Of a stretch of DNA of 64,000 nt, positions 9,232 through 19,475 are shown in pieces. The first letter of the stretch is position 1; each line of letters opens with the position of its first letter. The stretch comes from a virus. Lineage: Duplodnaviria; Caudoviricetes. The translations under genes were made by a program, and so were the position numbers. The notes under the pieces are model-generated. The model was not told where the DNA came from, ran no database searches, and saw only the letters and a program-made list of their open reading frames with translations. The DNA is taken from positions 32,001 to 96,000 of IMG/VR virus record IMGVR_UViG_3300014204_000125. One strand, written 5' to 3'.

Positions 9232-10014
9232 TTACTCCCACACCTTCCAAGGCGCATTGCCTTCCCGCCACATTTTCTCGAGATCATTTTTATCTTTTAA
9301 AGTATCCATGCTATGCCAGAACCCGTCGTGTTTATACGCAGATACCTTATTGAGCATCGACAATTTCGCAAGCACAACTTCTTCGAAAGAAAAATTTTCG
9401 TAAGGCATATAATCGAAAACCTCGGGATTACATACCATGTATCCCCCGTTAATCCAGTCCTTTTCAGCTTTCGGCTTCTCAACGAAAGACTCGACTTTAC
9501 CAGAGTCGATTCCGAAATGGAGGCACCCGAATCTACCATGCGGCCGAACCGAAGTGAGTGTTACTAATGAGTTTTGATGTTCGTGGTGTCCGATCACTTT
9601 ATTCAAATCAACATCACAAACCCCGTCTCCGTATGTCAAGAAAAAACAATTCGCACCTATTGACTCTATCGCCTTCTTGATTCGAGTTCCAGTAAGAGAG
9701 TTTTCCCCAGTATCGATTAATTCAACAGAGGAAAAAGGAGGAGGCGATTTATATCCGCCATATAAATTACTTCCTCCCGAAGAATATATCGTTACATCCG
9801 AATTATTCCGTTTATAGTTCACGAAATAGTCCCGGATCATTTCGCCCTTGTAGCCCAATAATATCACGAACTCATTGAATCCGAAATGGCTAAAATGCTT
9901 CATGATATGCCAGAGGATAGGTTTGCCGCCTATCTCCACCATCGGCTTCGGGCGAATACTCGTTTCTTCCCCGAGCCGTGTCCCATACCCGCCCGCGAGG
10001 ATTACAACCTTCAT
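9232..10014 (-). CDS. rfbF: Glucose-1-phosphate cytidylyltransferase
   Basis: MKVVILAGGYGTRLGEET..PKPMVEIGGKPILWHIMK, LTYGDG, WINGG, GFWHSMDT..DK..LE.MW....APWKVW. Confidence 0.95.
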   Translation of the reverse strand: MKVVILAGGYGTRLGEETSIRPKPMVEIGGKPILWHIMKHFSHFGFNEFVILLGYKGEMIRDYFVNYKRNNSDVTIYSSGGSNLYGGYKSPPPFSSVELIDTGENSLTGTRIKKAIESIGANCFFLTYGDGVCDVDLNKVIGHHEHQNSLVTLTSVRPHGRFGCLHFGIDSGKVESFVEKPKAEKDWINGGYMVCNPEVFDYMPYENFSFEEVVLAKLSMLNKVSAYKHDGFWHSMDTLKDKNDLEKMWREGNAPWKVWE

Positions 10015-10226
10015 TTGATTACCTCGCCCTGGGCGTTCAGTTTTATTTTTGAACAAGCCTTGCGAATAGAAGCCGGCATTTTCTTATAGTTCTCTTCGTT
10101 GAACCTGACTTTAAGAACATAAGTCAGGGCTGTCGCGATATCTTTTACCGTCTTCAATTTGCCAAAATTGAGTTCATATCTGATTTCGGGTCCAATTTTA
10201 ATGTTACCTATTTCTTTCTTTTTCAT
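10011..10226 (-). CDS. Small hypothetical phage protein
   Basis: 71 aa, overlaps both neighbours, preceded by an AAGGA RBS. Confidence 0.6.
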   Translation of the reverse strand: MKKKEIGNIKIGPEIRYELNFGKLKTVKDIATALTYVLKVRFNEENYKKMPASIRKACSKIKLNAQGEVIK

Positions 10227-11238
10227 AATTTATCGTCCTTTCAAATCCTTCGAGATACCCCACCTGGGGCTCCCAGCCGAGTTCGCGTTGTATCTTCGAA
10301 CAATCCGGCACGAAATACAAACGAGAATTCGACATTGTTTTTATTTTTTTATTCACTACATTTAATTCGTACTTTGTTGCGATCGATGTAGCAAGCCTCT
10401 GCATCGTAACAGCCGCGCTCGAGTTCCCCACGTTATAGACTGCGGGCTCCCCGGGGGCTGCGAGCAATCTTAAAAATGCAATCGTAGCGTCTCTTAAATA
10501 AAGAAAGGCCCGGGTAGAACATCCGTCGCTATTGAGAACTATATCTCTTTTATTTACCGCCGCCCAGACGAGTTCAGAAAATATTCTGTGATCTTTTTCG
10601 GAAACCCCGGGACCGTAGGTGTGAAATAGCCGAGCAATCTTACAGGGGAATCCAGAGGAAAAGATCATCTGCTCCGCCATTCTTTTGCTTTCGGGATACG
10701 CCGATCTCGCCGCGGCGCAATCGAGCCCGCCGAAATCAGTCTCGTTTGTAAGACAATCCCCTTGTGGCCCTGCCCCATATATTTCCCCAGCGCTTAGAAA
10801 TAAGATGTTCTTTACATTGGGTGTCGCATATTTCAATATTTTGAGAGTGCCTTCAATATTCGGGCGCCATACATTCGCCGCTTTTTTAAAATCAGTCGGC
10901 TTCGCCGGCGATGCGCCATGAATAATATAATCGCAACCAGAAGCGACAATGTCGGACTCGTCTATGTTTTCAACTTTCTTGAAAACGGGTCTAAGTTTCA
11001 TTCCCGGCTGTGGTCTGAACTCATCCACATATTTTATTCTGTCTCGAACCGTCAGAGTCAATAAAGTCTGTAAATCCGGGGTCAAGGTTTCATTCCTATA
11101 AAGAATAAATTTAACGAGATAGGACAAGACAAGCCCGGTCCCGCCCGTTATAAAGACCGACTTCCTATTAAGGAAATTCAACCGCTCGCCTTCCTGTTTT
11201 ATAATTAAATCAAAGTCTTCTTTTAAAATGCTATTCAT
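10204..11238 (-). CDS. NAD-dependent epimerase/dehydratase (SDR; YerF-like reductase or decarboxylase)
   Basis: ITGGTGLV Rossmann motif, IIHGAS, YPESK (YxxxK), RLFHTYGPG, RAFLY. Confidence 0.88.
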   Translation of the reverse strand: MNSILKEDFDLIIKQEGERLNFLNRKSVFITGGTGLVLSYLVKFILYRNETLTPDLQTLLTLTVRDRIKYVDEFRPQPGMKLRPVFKKVENIDESDIVASGCDYIIHGASPAKPTDFKKAANVWRPNIEGTLKILKYATPNVKNILFLSAGEIYGAGPQGDCLTNETDFGGLDCAAARSAYPESKRMAEQMIFSSGFPCKIARLFHTYGPGVSEKDHRIFSELVWAAVNKRDIVLNSDGCSTRAFLYLRDATIAFLRLLAAPGEPAVYNVGNSSAAVTMQRLATSIATKYELNVVNKKIKTMSNSRLYFVPDCSKIQRELGWEPQVGYLEGFERTINYEKERNR

Positions 11239-12154
11239 TTATAAGTCCTTTAACCCTTTCAAGTCCGAGATGTTTTTCTTTATGAAGAAAAATGAAATTG
11301 GTGTTTTCAGTTTGCTCGGTTATCCAATCTATCTGAACCAGTTTCCCGGCTTCTATTATATAACAATTATACCCCAAATCAAAGAAAAAAGATAAAATAC
11401 CGTTATAATGATATCCGAACTTGGCCGTCCACTTACGGAGGATTTCAGTAAACACCATCGGGAGATCGCGCGCAATAGTTTTTTCTCCACCCTTGAATAC
11501 ATTGAGTTCGGCGCCCTCGACATCGCACTTAATAAAATCAACTCTGTACTTATGCGTTTTTACGAACTCGTCCATTTTTCTTACTTTACAGTGTTCAATT
11601 TTCTTGGGAATATCAACTCCAAGATCTTGACTCGAAGCGTTACCCGACCATTCCGGCGAATAATAAAAAGGGATACTTTTATTTTGATCCGATAACCCGC
11701 AATTAAATACCTTGGCGCAACTCCCGTTTAATTTAACATTATAATTGAGCTGAGTGAACGTATTGCAAATAGGTTCAAACGCAACGATCTTCCATTTCTC
11801 TTTTGCCTTATCAACATTAAGGCTGTACCAGCCGATGTTGGCCCCGATGTCAAAGAATGTACCCGAATCCCCAATAAGCGCAAGGATCATGTCAAGTTCG
11901 GCTTCCTCGTAGGTTCCGAAATTAAATATCTCGAGAGGTATTATTCTTTTATCCTCGATATTTACTACCATCCTAACTCTGTTTTTTCTCGAAGTAAAAA
12001 CGACCTCGCCGGCGCTGATATCAATATGAGATATCCCGACATGCCCGAGTTCCTCTGCATATCTGAAAAGAATCCGATGATATTCTTGCATCCTATTAAT
12101 AAACTCGCGTTTATCTATCTGCCCCAGATAGTGTTGATTCTTTATATCTTGCAT
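11231..12154 (-). CDS. FkbM-family SAM methyltransferase
   Basis: FFDIGANIGWYS, AFEP, IKCDVEGAE. Likely start MQDIK at 12154. Confidence 0.9.
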   Translation of the reverse strand: MQDIKNQHYLGQIDKREFINRMQEYHRILFRYAEELGHVGISHIDISAGEVVFTSRKNRVRMVVNIEDKRIIPLEIFNFGTYEEAELDMILALIGDSGTFFDIGANIGWYSLNVDKAKEKWKIVAFEPICNTFTQLNYNVKLNGSCAKVFNCGLSDQNKSIPFYYSPEWSGNASSQDLGVDIPKKIEHCKVRKMDEFVKTHKYRVDFIKCDVEGAELNVFKGGEKTIARDLPMVFTEILRKWTAKFGYHYNGILSFFFDLGYNCYIIEAGKLVQIDWITEQTENTNFIFLHKEKHLGLERVKGLINE

Positions 12155-13020
12155 CAAAATCCCTTTATCTTTGAAATAAGAACCAAATATTGATCTTGGC
12201 ATATTATATCATGTTTTAACAACAATGAAAAGCACATCAAGGCTTGCGTAGGCGCGATATTTATTTTCCACTCATTCGAAGCATCCGCAGCACTGCCGGC
12301 CCACCAACCCGTCATGAGTTCTCTAAAGAGTTCTGGCTTCAAATTTCGGCACGCGCAGACGAATCCGTATAAGGAATACACATACCCGTTGGGGGTAAAG
12401 ATCGGGGCCGCCTGTTTCTGAATAAAGTAATCCAAATTTTCGAGACAATATGTCTGAACACATTTATCTTTCGCTGATTCAAATATCATTGAGAGTTGGG
12501 CGAAGCGAGTAAAAAGGTTATCGAAAAAAACAGGAGCATGTTTTAAATAGTGTCTTGAATATATGACATTACTTATTTTACCTAAACCAAAATTTAAAAA
12601 CCTAACGAATTCATCCTGAGTCCAGCCTTGTTTTTCCGAATGCTGTGGTAACAAAGTCACTGGGAAATAAATCAAATTTTCCTGAAGATGTATAGGGAGA
12701 TCCTTGAGATAGGCAAGAACTTTTTTAACCGCTCCGGGTTTCAGTGTATCATCATCGCTCAAAAGCCAAAAATAAATCCCAATATCTTGAGCGAAAGCAC
12801 CCGAGTAATTACCTTCCGCGCCGATGTTCTCGGAATGATCAATATACTTAATCGGATATAATCCTCTTGCGAAGTCTTTGGGAGAGCCGTTATTGGAAAC
12901 GATAACTTCCAAGAGATCCCTTTCGGTTTCATCGAGCCCCCAAAAGATAGACTCGATCTGTTTCCACAAAAGATCTCCCCTGTTATATGTTGGGATATAA
13001 ATCGTGAGAAGTTTATTCAT
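12154..13020 (-). CDS. Glycosyltransferase family 2 (RfbV/abequosyltransferase-like)
   Basis: LLTIYIPTYNR, SNNGS, NIGAEGN, YFWLLSDDD. Confidence 0.88.
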   Translation of the reverse strand: MNKLLTIYIPTYNRGDLLWKQIESIFWGLDETERDLLEVIVSNNGSPKDFARGLYPIKYIDHSENIGAEGNYSGAFAQDIGIYFWLLSDDDTLKPGAVKKVLAYLKDLPIHLQENLIYFPVTLLPQHSEKQGWTQDEFVRFLNFGLGKISNVIYSRHYLKHAPVFFDNLFTRFAQLSMIFESAKDKCVQTYCLENLDYFIQKQAAPIFTPNGYVYSLYGFVCACRNLKPELFRELMTGWWAGSAADASNEWKINIAPTQALMCFSLLLKHDIICQDQYLVLISKIKGF

Positions 13021-14832
13021 AATTCCAATCCTTTATGTACATCTCACGCTTAATATCTATCTTGGGGGTCATGTCTTCGAGGGGCGGGGATACCATTGTC
13101 CCGTCCGGACGTTTACTCGAAACCGTCTTGGGCCAGAATTTCTGTTCCGGATTCATTTTGATTTCGATAAGCATCGGCCCCGGCGCCGCGAATATTCTCG
13201 GGAAAGCCTTTATCAAATCGCCTTCGTTATCGAAACAATCGTACTGCATATCGAACGCCATAGAGACCCAATCCAGACGAGGCAGAGTGAGCCCACTCTT
13301 CTTATCGCACCCCACCCTATGTCCGTTGAAATAAAGATCCTGGGTATGCTTTATACTGAGATAACCCTGATTATTGAAAACGAAAAGTTTTAAAGGAATT
13401 TTGTGGAACTTGACGGTTTGGAGTTCCTGCAAATTCAACATAAGCCCGCCGTCCCCGTGTACGCACACGAGATTTTTTCTCGAACCGTTTCTTCCGAAAT
13501 GTGCCCCGATCGCCGCGGGGAGCCCATAGCCCATTGGCGAGAACCCGCCGTTGGTAAATATATGCTGATCCTTTTTTACTTGGAAAGTGACGTTGTATCC
13601 ATAGAAAGCGGCGCCCTGATCCGTTACCATTATGTCCCCGGGAGCCATTGCCTGAGAAAGCGAATGGTAAAACGAATACGAATTAATAAACCCGTCTTCG
13701 TGATGAACGTAGGGGTCATACTCTTTGAGAGGAGCGAATTTTAATGAGCCCCGCCAGTCTTGAATTTTCTTTAGCCATGATTTTCTCTCGCGAGCGCAAA
13801 TAGGAAACACCAAGTCTTTAACCCTGTCGAAAAACATATTGAGATCGGACAGAATAATGTATTCAGGTTTGAATTTCTTGAAATTTTCATTCAAGACATG
13901 GGGATCCGCATCTACGATCGCGATCTTCGCGTTTCTTCCGAACGCTTTAAAATTATATCCCGTTGTGGGCTGGGACAGGCGCGCGCCCAAGACAAGGATA
14001 AAGTCTGCATTCTGCACCGCGATATTCCCGCAACGCTGTCCGTTTACCCCAATCCGGCCGGCAAGGAGAGGGTTATATTCTGTAATCAAATCAAATCCAA
14101 GCTTTGTTGTAACTATAGGAATCTGAAAGAGTTCAGCGTAATGCAGTGCTTTCACTTGAGTTCCTGAAAGTTTAACTCCATGACCTAAAACTATAATCGG
14201 GCGTTTCGCCTCCGCAAGCCCTTTTGTAATAAGTTTCGGATTATCCAACTGGGCTTTCATTTCGGAAACCGACATCAACCAATCCCGTTTTAATTCAACC
14301 CCGGACAAGGATATATCTTTGCTCTGAATATCAATCGGGATATCACAACCCATACCGGGCCGGGGCGTCCCGTAGTCGCCTTGTCATACGCGATCTGCAT
14401 TATGGTTTCAATTTCATTTGCATCCCGGACTGTAATTGCATATTTCGTTATTGGCGCCACCAGACTCGTAATATTGACTTCATGCACCCCGCGCTGTCGC
14501 AGTCCCGTCTGATCAATAAGCCATTGCGAATTCGACTGCCCGGAAATAATTATCATCGGGATTGAGTCGTTCCATGCACACGCAACCCCAGTGATCGCGT
14601 TTGTAGCTGCGGGGCCCGTGGTTACGAGCGCGCACCCGAGTCGATTGGAAATACGCTGATACCCTTCCGCGGCCATTACCGCGGCTTGTTCGTGGTGGCA
14701 GCATATATGTTCGAGTTGAGGATGATTGCCCAAGGAATCGATTAAGTGCATCCCGCCGCCGCCGGCTACCATGAATACTTTTTCGCATCCCCGTTTCGCG
14801 ATGAAGTCAATTACATAATCTGAAAGTTTCAA
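13013..14832 (-). pseudogene. Thiamine-pyrophosphate-dependent enzyme (acetolactate synthase/YerE-like), split by a frameshift near 14345
   Basis: The N-terminal ORF 14290-14832 has HHEQAA.MAAEGY, TTGP..TN and GRPGPVW. The C-terminal ORF 13013-14353 continues DIPIDIQ and has MGYGLPAAIG, GDGG and NNQGY. Removing 2 nt restores PGPVWVDIPIDIQ. Confidence 0.85.
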
Positions 14833-15551
14833 ATGCCCATCTCCTTAATCCGATTCTCCTGCATCCCCAGAAGCATATCTGAATCCACCCCAATACAAAA
14901 CACATTAACCCCGCACTCGAAAAGAATTACCTTCTCTCGGAGCGATGTAGCCATAGCAATTAAAGGTATTTTCAAACCCCGACATAACAACCCGATTTCG
15001 TATAAGAACTTGAGAGACTGTGCAGAATAAAGTTCTTTTTCTCCCAGATCGATCATCATATCGTAGGCCCCATAGTAAATAAAATCGCTATCTTCGACTA
15101 TGCCTTGAAAATTAGCAAAACCCAAGGCGCTTTCGATAATTGAACCCACAAGGTTCGGAGAGTTACCTTCTGATTTCACATAAGAATTGCCCGGACAATA
15201 CGGCGAATAACTCCGAGTCCCGTTCGGGGGATAATTCGCATAGTTTCTTATTTTTTGAATCGTTTTCCTCGACTCAACACCTGAAACGAGAAGTCCGGAC
15301 GCACCAGAGTCAAAAATATTACAAACAAGGCTCCCCGAAACATCCGCGGGAACCCGAACAAAAGCATTCGTCTTTTCGTCTATCTCTGAAACCAAATGTC
15401 CTATCTCGTTATACGAAATCCTGCCGTGTTCCCCGTCTATCAGAAGAAAATCCATTTGGTTCCGCGGAGTCTTCGAAAGAATACGGCCGGATTCGGCGTG
15501 GGTGATCCACATTGTTTTTCCAGGATTCTTTTGATTAAACACGCGGTACAT
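14829..15551 (-). CDS. HpcH/HpaI aldolase family protein
   Basis: DFLLIDGEHG, FVRVP, DSGASG, YPPNGTR, IIES..G, YYGAYD. Confidence 0.82.
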   Translation of the reverse strand: MYRVFNQKNPGKTMWITHAESGRILSKTPRNQMDFLLIDGEHGRISYNEIGHLVSEIDEKTNAFVRVPADVSGSLVCNIFDSGASGLLVSGVESRKTIQKIRNYANYPPNGTRSYSPYCPGNSYVKSEGNSPNLVGSIIESALGFANFQGIVEDSDFIYYGAYDMMIDLGEKELYSAQSLKFLYEIGLLCRGLKIPLIAMATSLREKVILFECGVNVFCIGVDSDMLLGMQENRIKEMGI

Positions 15552-16521
15552 CCTTTATCAACTCGCTTATTTTATCCTCGTCATAATTTACAGGGAGTTC
15601 TTTCTGAACCCGGAAAAGAATCTCTTCCCGCCAGATTTCGTCCACATTATTATCGTCTAAGTAGTCCGCATAATAAGGATGGACCCCGGCGATCCCGGCT
15701 TCTAAAGTGTTTGTATTGTATCCCCAATAAAAATCTTCTTTCATCCTATAAAAATGAGAATTGATAAGTTTAAGATAAGGAACATCCCAATATTTATTAA
15801 TGCCTTCCCTGCGAAGATGTCGTATTAAAAGTTCTATAGGAAGATTGCCTCCCCCACGACCCATCCCATAAACAGAGGCATCTATGCCATAGGGGGATTC
15901 AGTTTTCAATAACTTGAGGACATTCGCGAATGCAAGTTGGGTATTATTGTGAGCGTGGAAATTAACCCTTGAAAACCCGAGATCCCGGAGTTTCAAATAA
16001 CAATACAGAACTTCTTCGGGAAGCATTGATCCAAAACTGTCCGCGAAAGTAATCGCTTCTATGCTATCTTTGAAATCCTGAGTGAGCCGGCTGAGATATT
16101 TGAGATCGGAGTTCTGGAAACGGCAGAAACCCATAAGACTTAAAAAGACCTTGTAGCCTCTCAGAATAAGTCCTGGGATAAGGTTCAAAGCGATATCGAT
16201 ATTATGAGAATACGTCGCGAGCCTAATATATTTAAACTGGCTGTTTTCAGCCTTTGTCCAGTCTATTTCCGTATTGCGATCGCAGTCTATCATTCCGATT
16301 ATTTTACACTTTTGAGTCTCAATATCTTCGAGTCCGTGATTTCCATTTAACTTCATTTTACCATAAAAACCACGATCCAGTTTGTTCGAAATATATCCGA
16401 GTTCAAAAAAATCTACCCCAGCCTGAGTCGCGGCGTGGTATGTTTTACGGACGAGTTCATCAGAGAATTCCCAATTATTCGTGTGACCCCCATCTCGAAT
16501 TGTGCAATCGGTGATTATCAT
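15535..16521 (-). CDS. DRE-TIM metallolyase (4-hydroxy-2-oxovalerate aldolase/HMGL-like)
   Basis: DCTIRDGG, ADSFGS, FHAHNN.QLAFAN, IDASVYGMGRGGGN, VHPYY. Confidence 0.85.
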   Translation of the reverse strand: MIITDCTIRDGGHTNNWEFSDELVRKTYHAATQAGVDFFELGYISNKLDRGFYGKMKLNGNHGLEDIETQKCKIIGMIDCDRNTEIDWTKAENSQFKYIRLATYSHNIDIALNLIPGLILRGYKVFLSLMGFCRFQNSDLKYLSRLTQDFKDSIEAITFADSFGSMLPEEVLYCYLKLRDLGFSRVNFHAHNNTQLAFANVLKLLKTESPYGIDASVYGMGRGGGNLPIELLIRHLRREGINKYWDVPYLKLINSHFYRMKEDFYWGYNTNTLEAGIAGVHPYYADYLDDNNVDEIWREEILFRVQKELPVNYDEDKISELIKDVPRV

Positions 16522-17297
16522 TTCGAAACCTCAATCTTTAACTCGGAAAGACTTGAAACGATCCCGTGACAGTACGGGACAAGATGGCTTGCCGGAGTGT
16601 TGCCTGTGGTAACTCCAAGGCATTTACCCCGAAAACTCATTCCTATTTTCATATCGCCGCAAGTATCCCCAATAAAGAGGCAGTTTTCTGGTTTAATATT
16701 TTCTTTTGTAAGAAAATTCAAAGATAAGATTTGTTTGGATATTTTCTCTGGGCCTACTCCGTAAGAGACAGAATAGTGCTCTCCGAAATCGAAAATATGC
16801 CGGCACGCTTCCGTATTTCTGACATCATCCATAGATATTATTGCAATAGGAATCAGCGCATCTTTCGAAATCTTTTTCAGTCTATTCGCAAATAACCTGG
16901 CGCCAGGAACGGGCTGAATTATTTTCTTAAAATCAGCCGAAGATAAAGAAGAATGGACATATTTGAAAATCCTGTCTATTTCGTAATATGAAGCGCTATA
17001 TCCGCGTTTACAAAGACTAAGAATAACGCTCGCAATAACTGCTTCCCTACTATATCTTCCCACCGGGCCGTCTTCGAATAAAACGTCACGAACCGTATTA
17101 AGTCCCATCGAGGTGCAGGTGATTTTTTTTTCGATATTGGCCTTTAATCCGATATCATATATTTTATGAATCTCTTCCGCGCGGCGCCGGATAATTGCGC
17201 CCCAATAAATGTCGGAGTCGATAAGAGTTCCGTCTTTATCGAATATAATGGCTTCAATATTTTTGAAAACATATTTCCCGGCTTTTATATCGATCAT
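16518..17297 (-). CDS. HAD-superfamily hydrolase
   Basis: Motif I IFDKDGTL, motif IV FIGDTCGD, GVTTG. Confidence 0.85.
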   Translation of the reverse strand: MIDIKAGKYVFKNIEAIIFDKDGTLIDSDIYWGAIIRRRAEEIHKIYDIGLKANIEKKITCTSMGLNTVRDVLFEDGPVGRYSREAVIASVILSLCKRGYSASYYEIDRIFKYVHSSLSSADFKKIIQPVPGARLFANRLKKISKDALIPIAIISMDDVRNTEACRHIFDFGEHYSVSYGVGPEKISKQILSLNFLTKENIKPENCLFIGDTCGDMKIGMSFRGKCLGVTTGNTPASHLVPYCHGIVSSLSELKIEVSK

Positions 17298-17305
17298 TTC
17301 ATCTC

Positions 17306-18325
17306 CTATATACTCGCCACGAGTGGGCGAACTTTATTTACGACTTCATCGAATATTTCTCTCTGATTATACAGGTCTTCGTATCTTAAATCAAGATGTT
17401 CTTTAAAATACTTTTGCACGAGATGGCGCGCATAAGATCCGACCGAGACCCCGTGATAATTTATACCCATCATCCGCGCAAGCCAGCCCGTTCTTGCGTT
17501 GGTGCCGCCCGAAAGGAGTAAATACGCCTTGGCGTTCATGCGATCGAATAATTGCGCGCTCGCGAGAGCCTGAAGAGTTGTAGATTCATCATTGTCGCAA
17601 CCACTCATAGGATTCCCGTCAGCCTGAATTATTGTTGACCAATCCTCCCGGCCTTTCAATGCTTTCGAAATACGATCGACAAAATCGAGATCTCCGGAGT
17701 GCTTCCGGTCTATGCAATAACTCAACATGCCTCCCGGGAATAAACTTTGAAGTTCATTCCAACCCTGTATTACTTCGTCTGTCTTGGGCGATACGGCATG
17801 ATACTCGATCGAATCGATCCCCATCTCAACAAGCGGCGGGATTATCTCGGAAAACTTTCGGGTGGAGTAATGCGCGATCAGAGCGTTACTTTTACAGACT
17901 TCATGACATTTTCCACAGCCGATACACTTATGGTCTGAGACATCGAGAGGGCAGTTAAATAAATTATTAAATCGATACCCTATTGCTTCCTGAGGGCATA
18001 CTTTTACGCACTCTTTACAGTCCGAACACAGGGTATGGTCAATCGCGAACTTGCGAACATGGGGATCCCCTTTGATCCCGACGCTGACATTTATGAAACT
18101 CATATAGTCTGAAATATTCGCAAAACGTAATCCCGCCTTAGTCGCCTCAACGACTTCCGGATATGCAGCAACATCGAAATATCGTACCCCTGCAATAGCG
18201 TATATTGCAGTCATAACCTTGACTTCTTCCAAATTAGAATTACCCGCACCACATACAAGTTTAAAAACCTTACCCTGCTTAAAATGTTTCTGGAGTTCCA
18301 CCTTAGAGCGCGAAGCGTTAAACAT
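17306..18325 (-). CDS. LdpA-like 2x[4Fe-4S] protein
   Basis: FKLVCGAG, DVAA, DPHVRK, CxxCxxCxxxCP and CxGCGxCxxxC ferredoxin motifs, IEYH, DGNPMSG and SGGTN all match the LdpA family. Confidence 0.8.
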   Translation of the reverse strand: MFNASRSKVELQKHFKQGKVFKLVCGAGNSNLEEVKVMTAIYAIAGVRYFDVAAYPEVVEATKAGLRFANISDYMSFINVSVGIKGDPHVRKFAIDHTLCSDCKECVKVCPQEAIGYRFNNLFNCPLDVSDHKCIGCGKCHEVCKSNALIAHYSTRKFSEIIPPLVEMGIDSIEYHAVSPKTDEVIQGWNELQSLFPGGMLSYCIDRKHSGDLDFVDRISKALKGREDWSTIIQADGNPMSGCDNDESTTLQALASAQLFDRMNAKAYLLLSGGTNARTGWLARMMGINYHGVSVGSYARHLVQKYFKEHLDLRYEDLYNQREIFDEVVNKVRPLVASI

Positions 18326-19475
18326 CTATAAACTCCTTTATCTGTTTCTGGGTTAATTTCAAAGCGGCGTCCGGGCTTTTCTTGTACGCTTTTACCCATG
18401 TCACGAACATCTCAAGAGCCATATCAAGTTTTATTCTGGGGCGCCAACCAAGAACTCTCTTGGCCTTTGTACTGTCGATATCTAAGAAAGAAGTGTCGCT
18501 GGTCGGATGCGATTCATAATGAGAATAATGAAACCACTTCTTGTTCTTCAAAATAACGCTTAATTTATCCGCTATTTCTCCGATAGTCGTGCAATCTTCA
18601 GTGTCGGGGCCGAAGTTAAATTCTTTCCACCATCCCAAGGGGTCTCCATATTGAGAAAAACTGTCCATACAATGTTTTAAATGCTCAGAAAAATTTTCGT
18701 TATAGAGTTCTTCAGCAACAAAAAGATATCCTTCAAGCGCGGATAAAACGTGTTGCCACGGACGCACGGAAAAAAGCGATTTGAACTCTACTACTTTGTT
18801 CGATATCAAACCTTTCATCATATCCGCGAAAAGTCTGTTCTGCGCCCAGTCTCCGCCGCCGAATACATTGCCAGCGCGCACGGAACTCAAGTGATTATTT
18901 AACCCGGTCATTGTGCCATAACTTTTATTCAAAATTTCACAACACGCCTTGCTCGCGTCGTAGGGTTTATAAGGCACCATTGAATCCCTTTCACGCCGAC
19001 GCTCCCAAGGTCTTGAATCAAAGTTATCGTACACTTTATCTGTCGTAATCATTACGGCCGCAAAATGAGAACATTCGCCGGGGCCTTTGCGATACTGGGC
19101 CAGAGCATCGAGTAAATTCAAATTTGCCATGATATTATTTTCAAAAGTAAAATGCGGATTCTCCCAAGCCGCGGATACAATGGGCTGTGCCGCGAGATGA
19201 ATCACCACATCGGGCTTCCATCTATTTAATAGTCCCAAGATATCTTTCGGGCAACTTTGGCTTAAATTATATCCGTAAAAATGTTCCTGAATACAATTTA
19301 CTATGTCAAGGGATTGAAACATATTAGGAGCAGAAGGGAATTCATTCGACATCCCATATATCTTCGCGCCCAACTCGTGAAGCATCAGGCACAGCCAGGA
19401 GCCCTTGAATCCGGTATGCCCCGTTACCAATATCCGTTTGCCCTTCCAAAACTTTCTGTCTAATTGCCTCCCCAT
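18318..19475 (-). CDS. rfbG: CDP-glucose 4,6-dehydratase
   Basis: FWKGKRILVTGHTGFKGSWL, HLAAQPIV, ITTDKVY, PYDASK, RAGNVFGGGDW, RPWQHV. Confidence 0.93.
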   Translation of the reverse strand: MGRQLDRKFWKGKRILVTGHTGFKGSWLCLMLHELGAKIYGMSNEFPSAPNMFQSLDIVNCIQEHFYGYNLSQSCPKDILGLLNRWKPDVVIHLAAQPIVSAAWENPHFTFENNIMANLNLLDALAQYRKGPGECSHFAAVMITTDKVYDNFDSRPWERRRERDSMVPYKPYDASKACCEILNKSYGTMTGLNNHLSSVRAGNVFGGGDWAQNRLFADMMKGLISNKVVEFKSLFSVRPWQHVLSALEGYLFVAEELYNENFSEHLKHCMDSFSQYGDPLGWWKEFNFGPDTEDCTTIGEIADKLSVILKNKKWFHYSHYESHPTSDTSFLDIDSTKAKRVLGWRPRIKLDMALEMFVTWVKAYKKSPDAALKLTQKQIKEFIDV

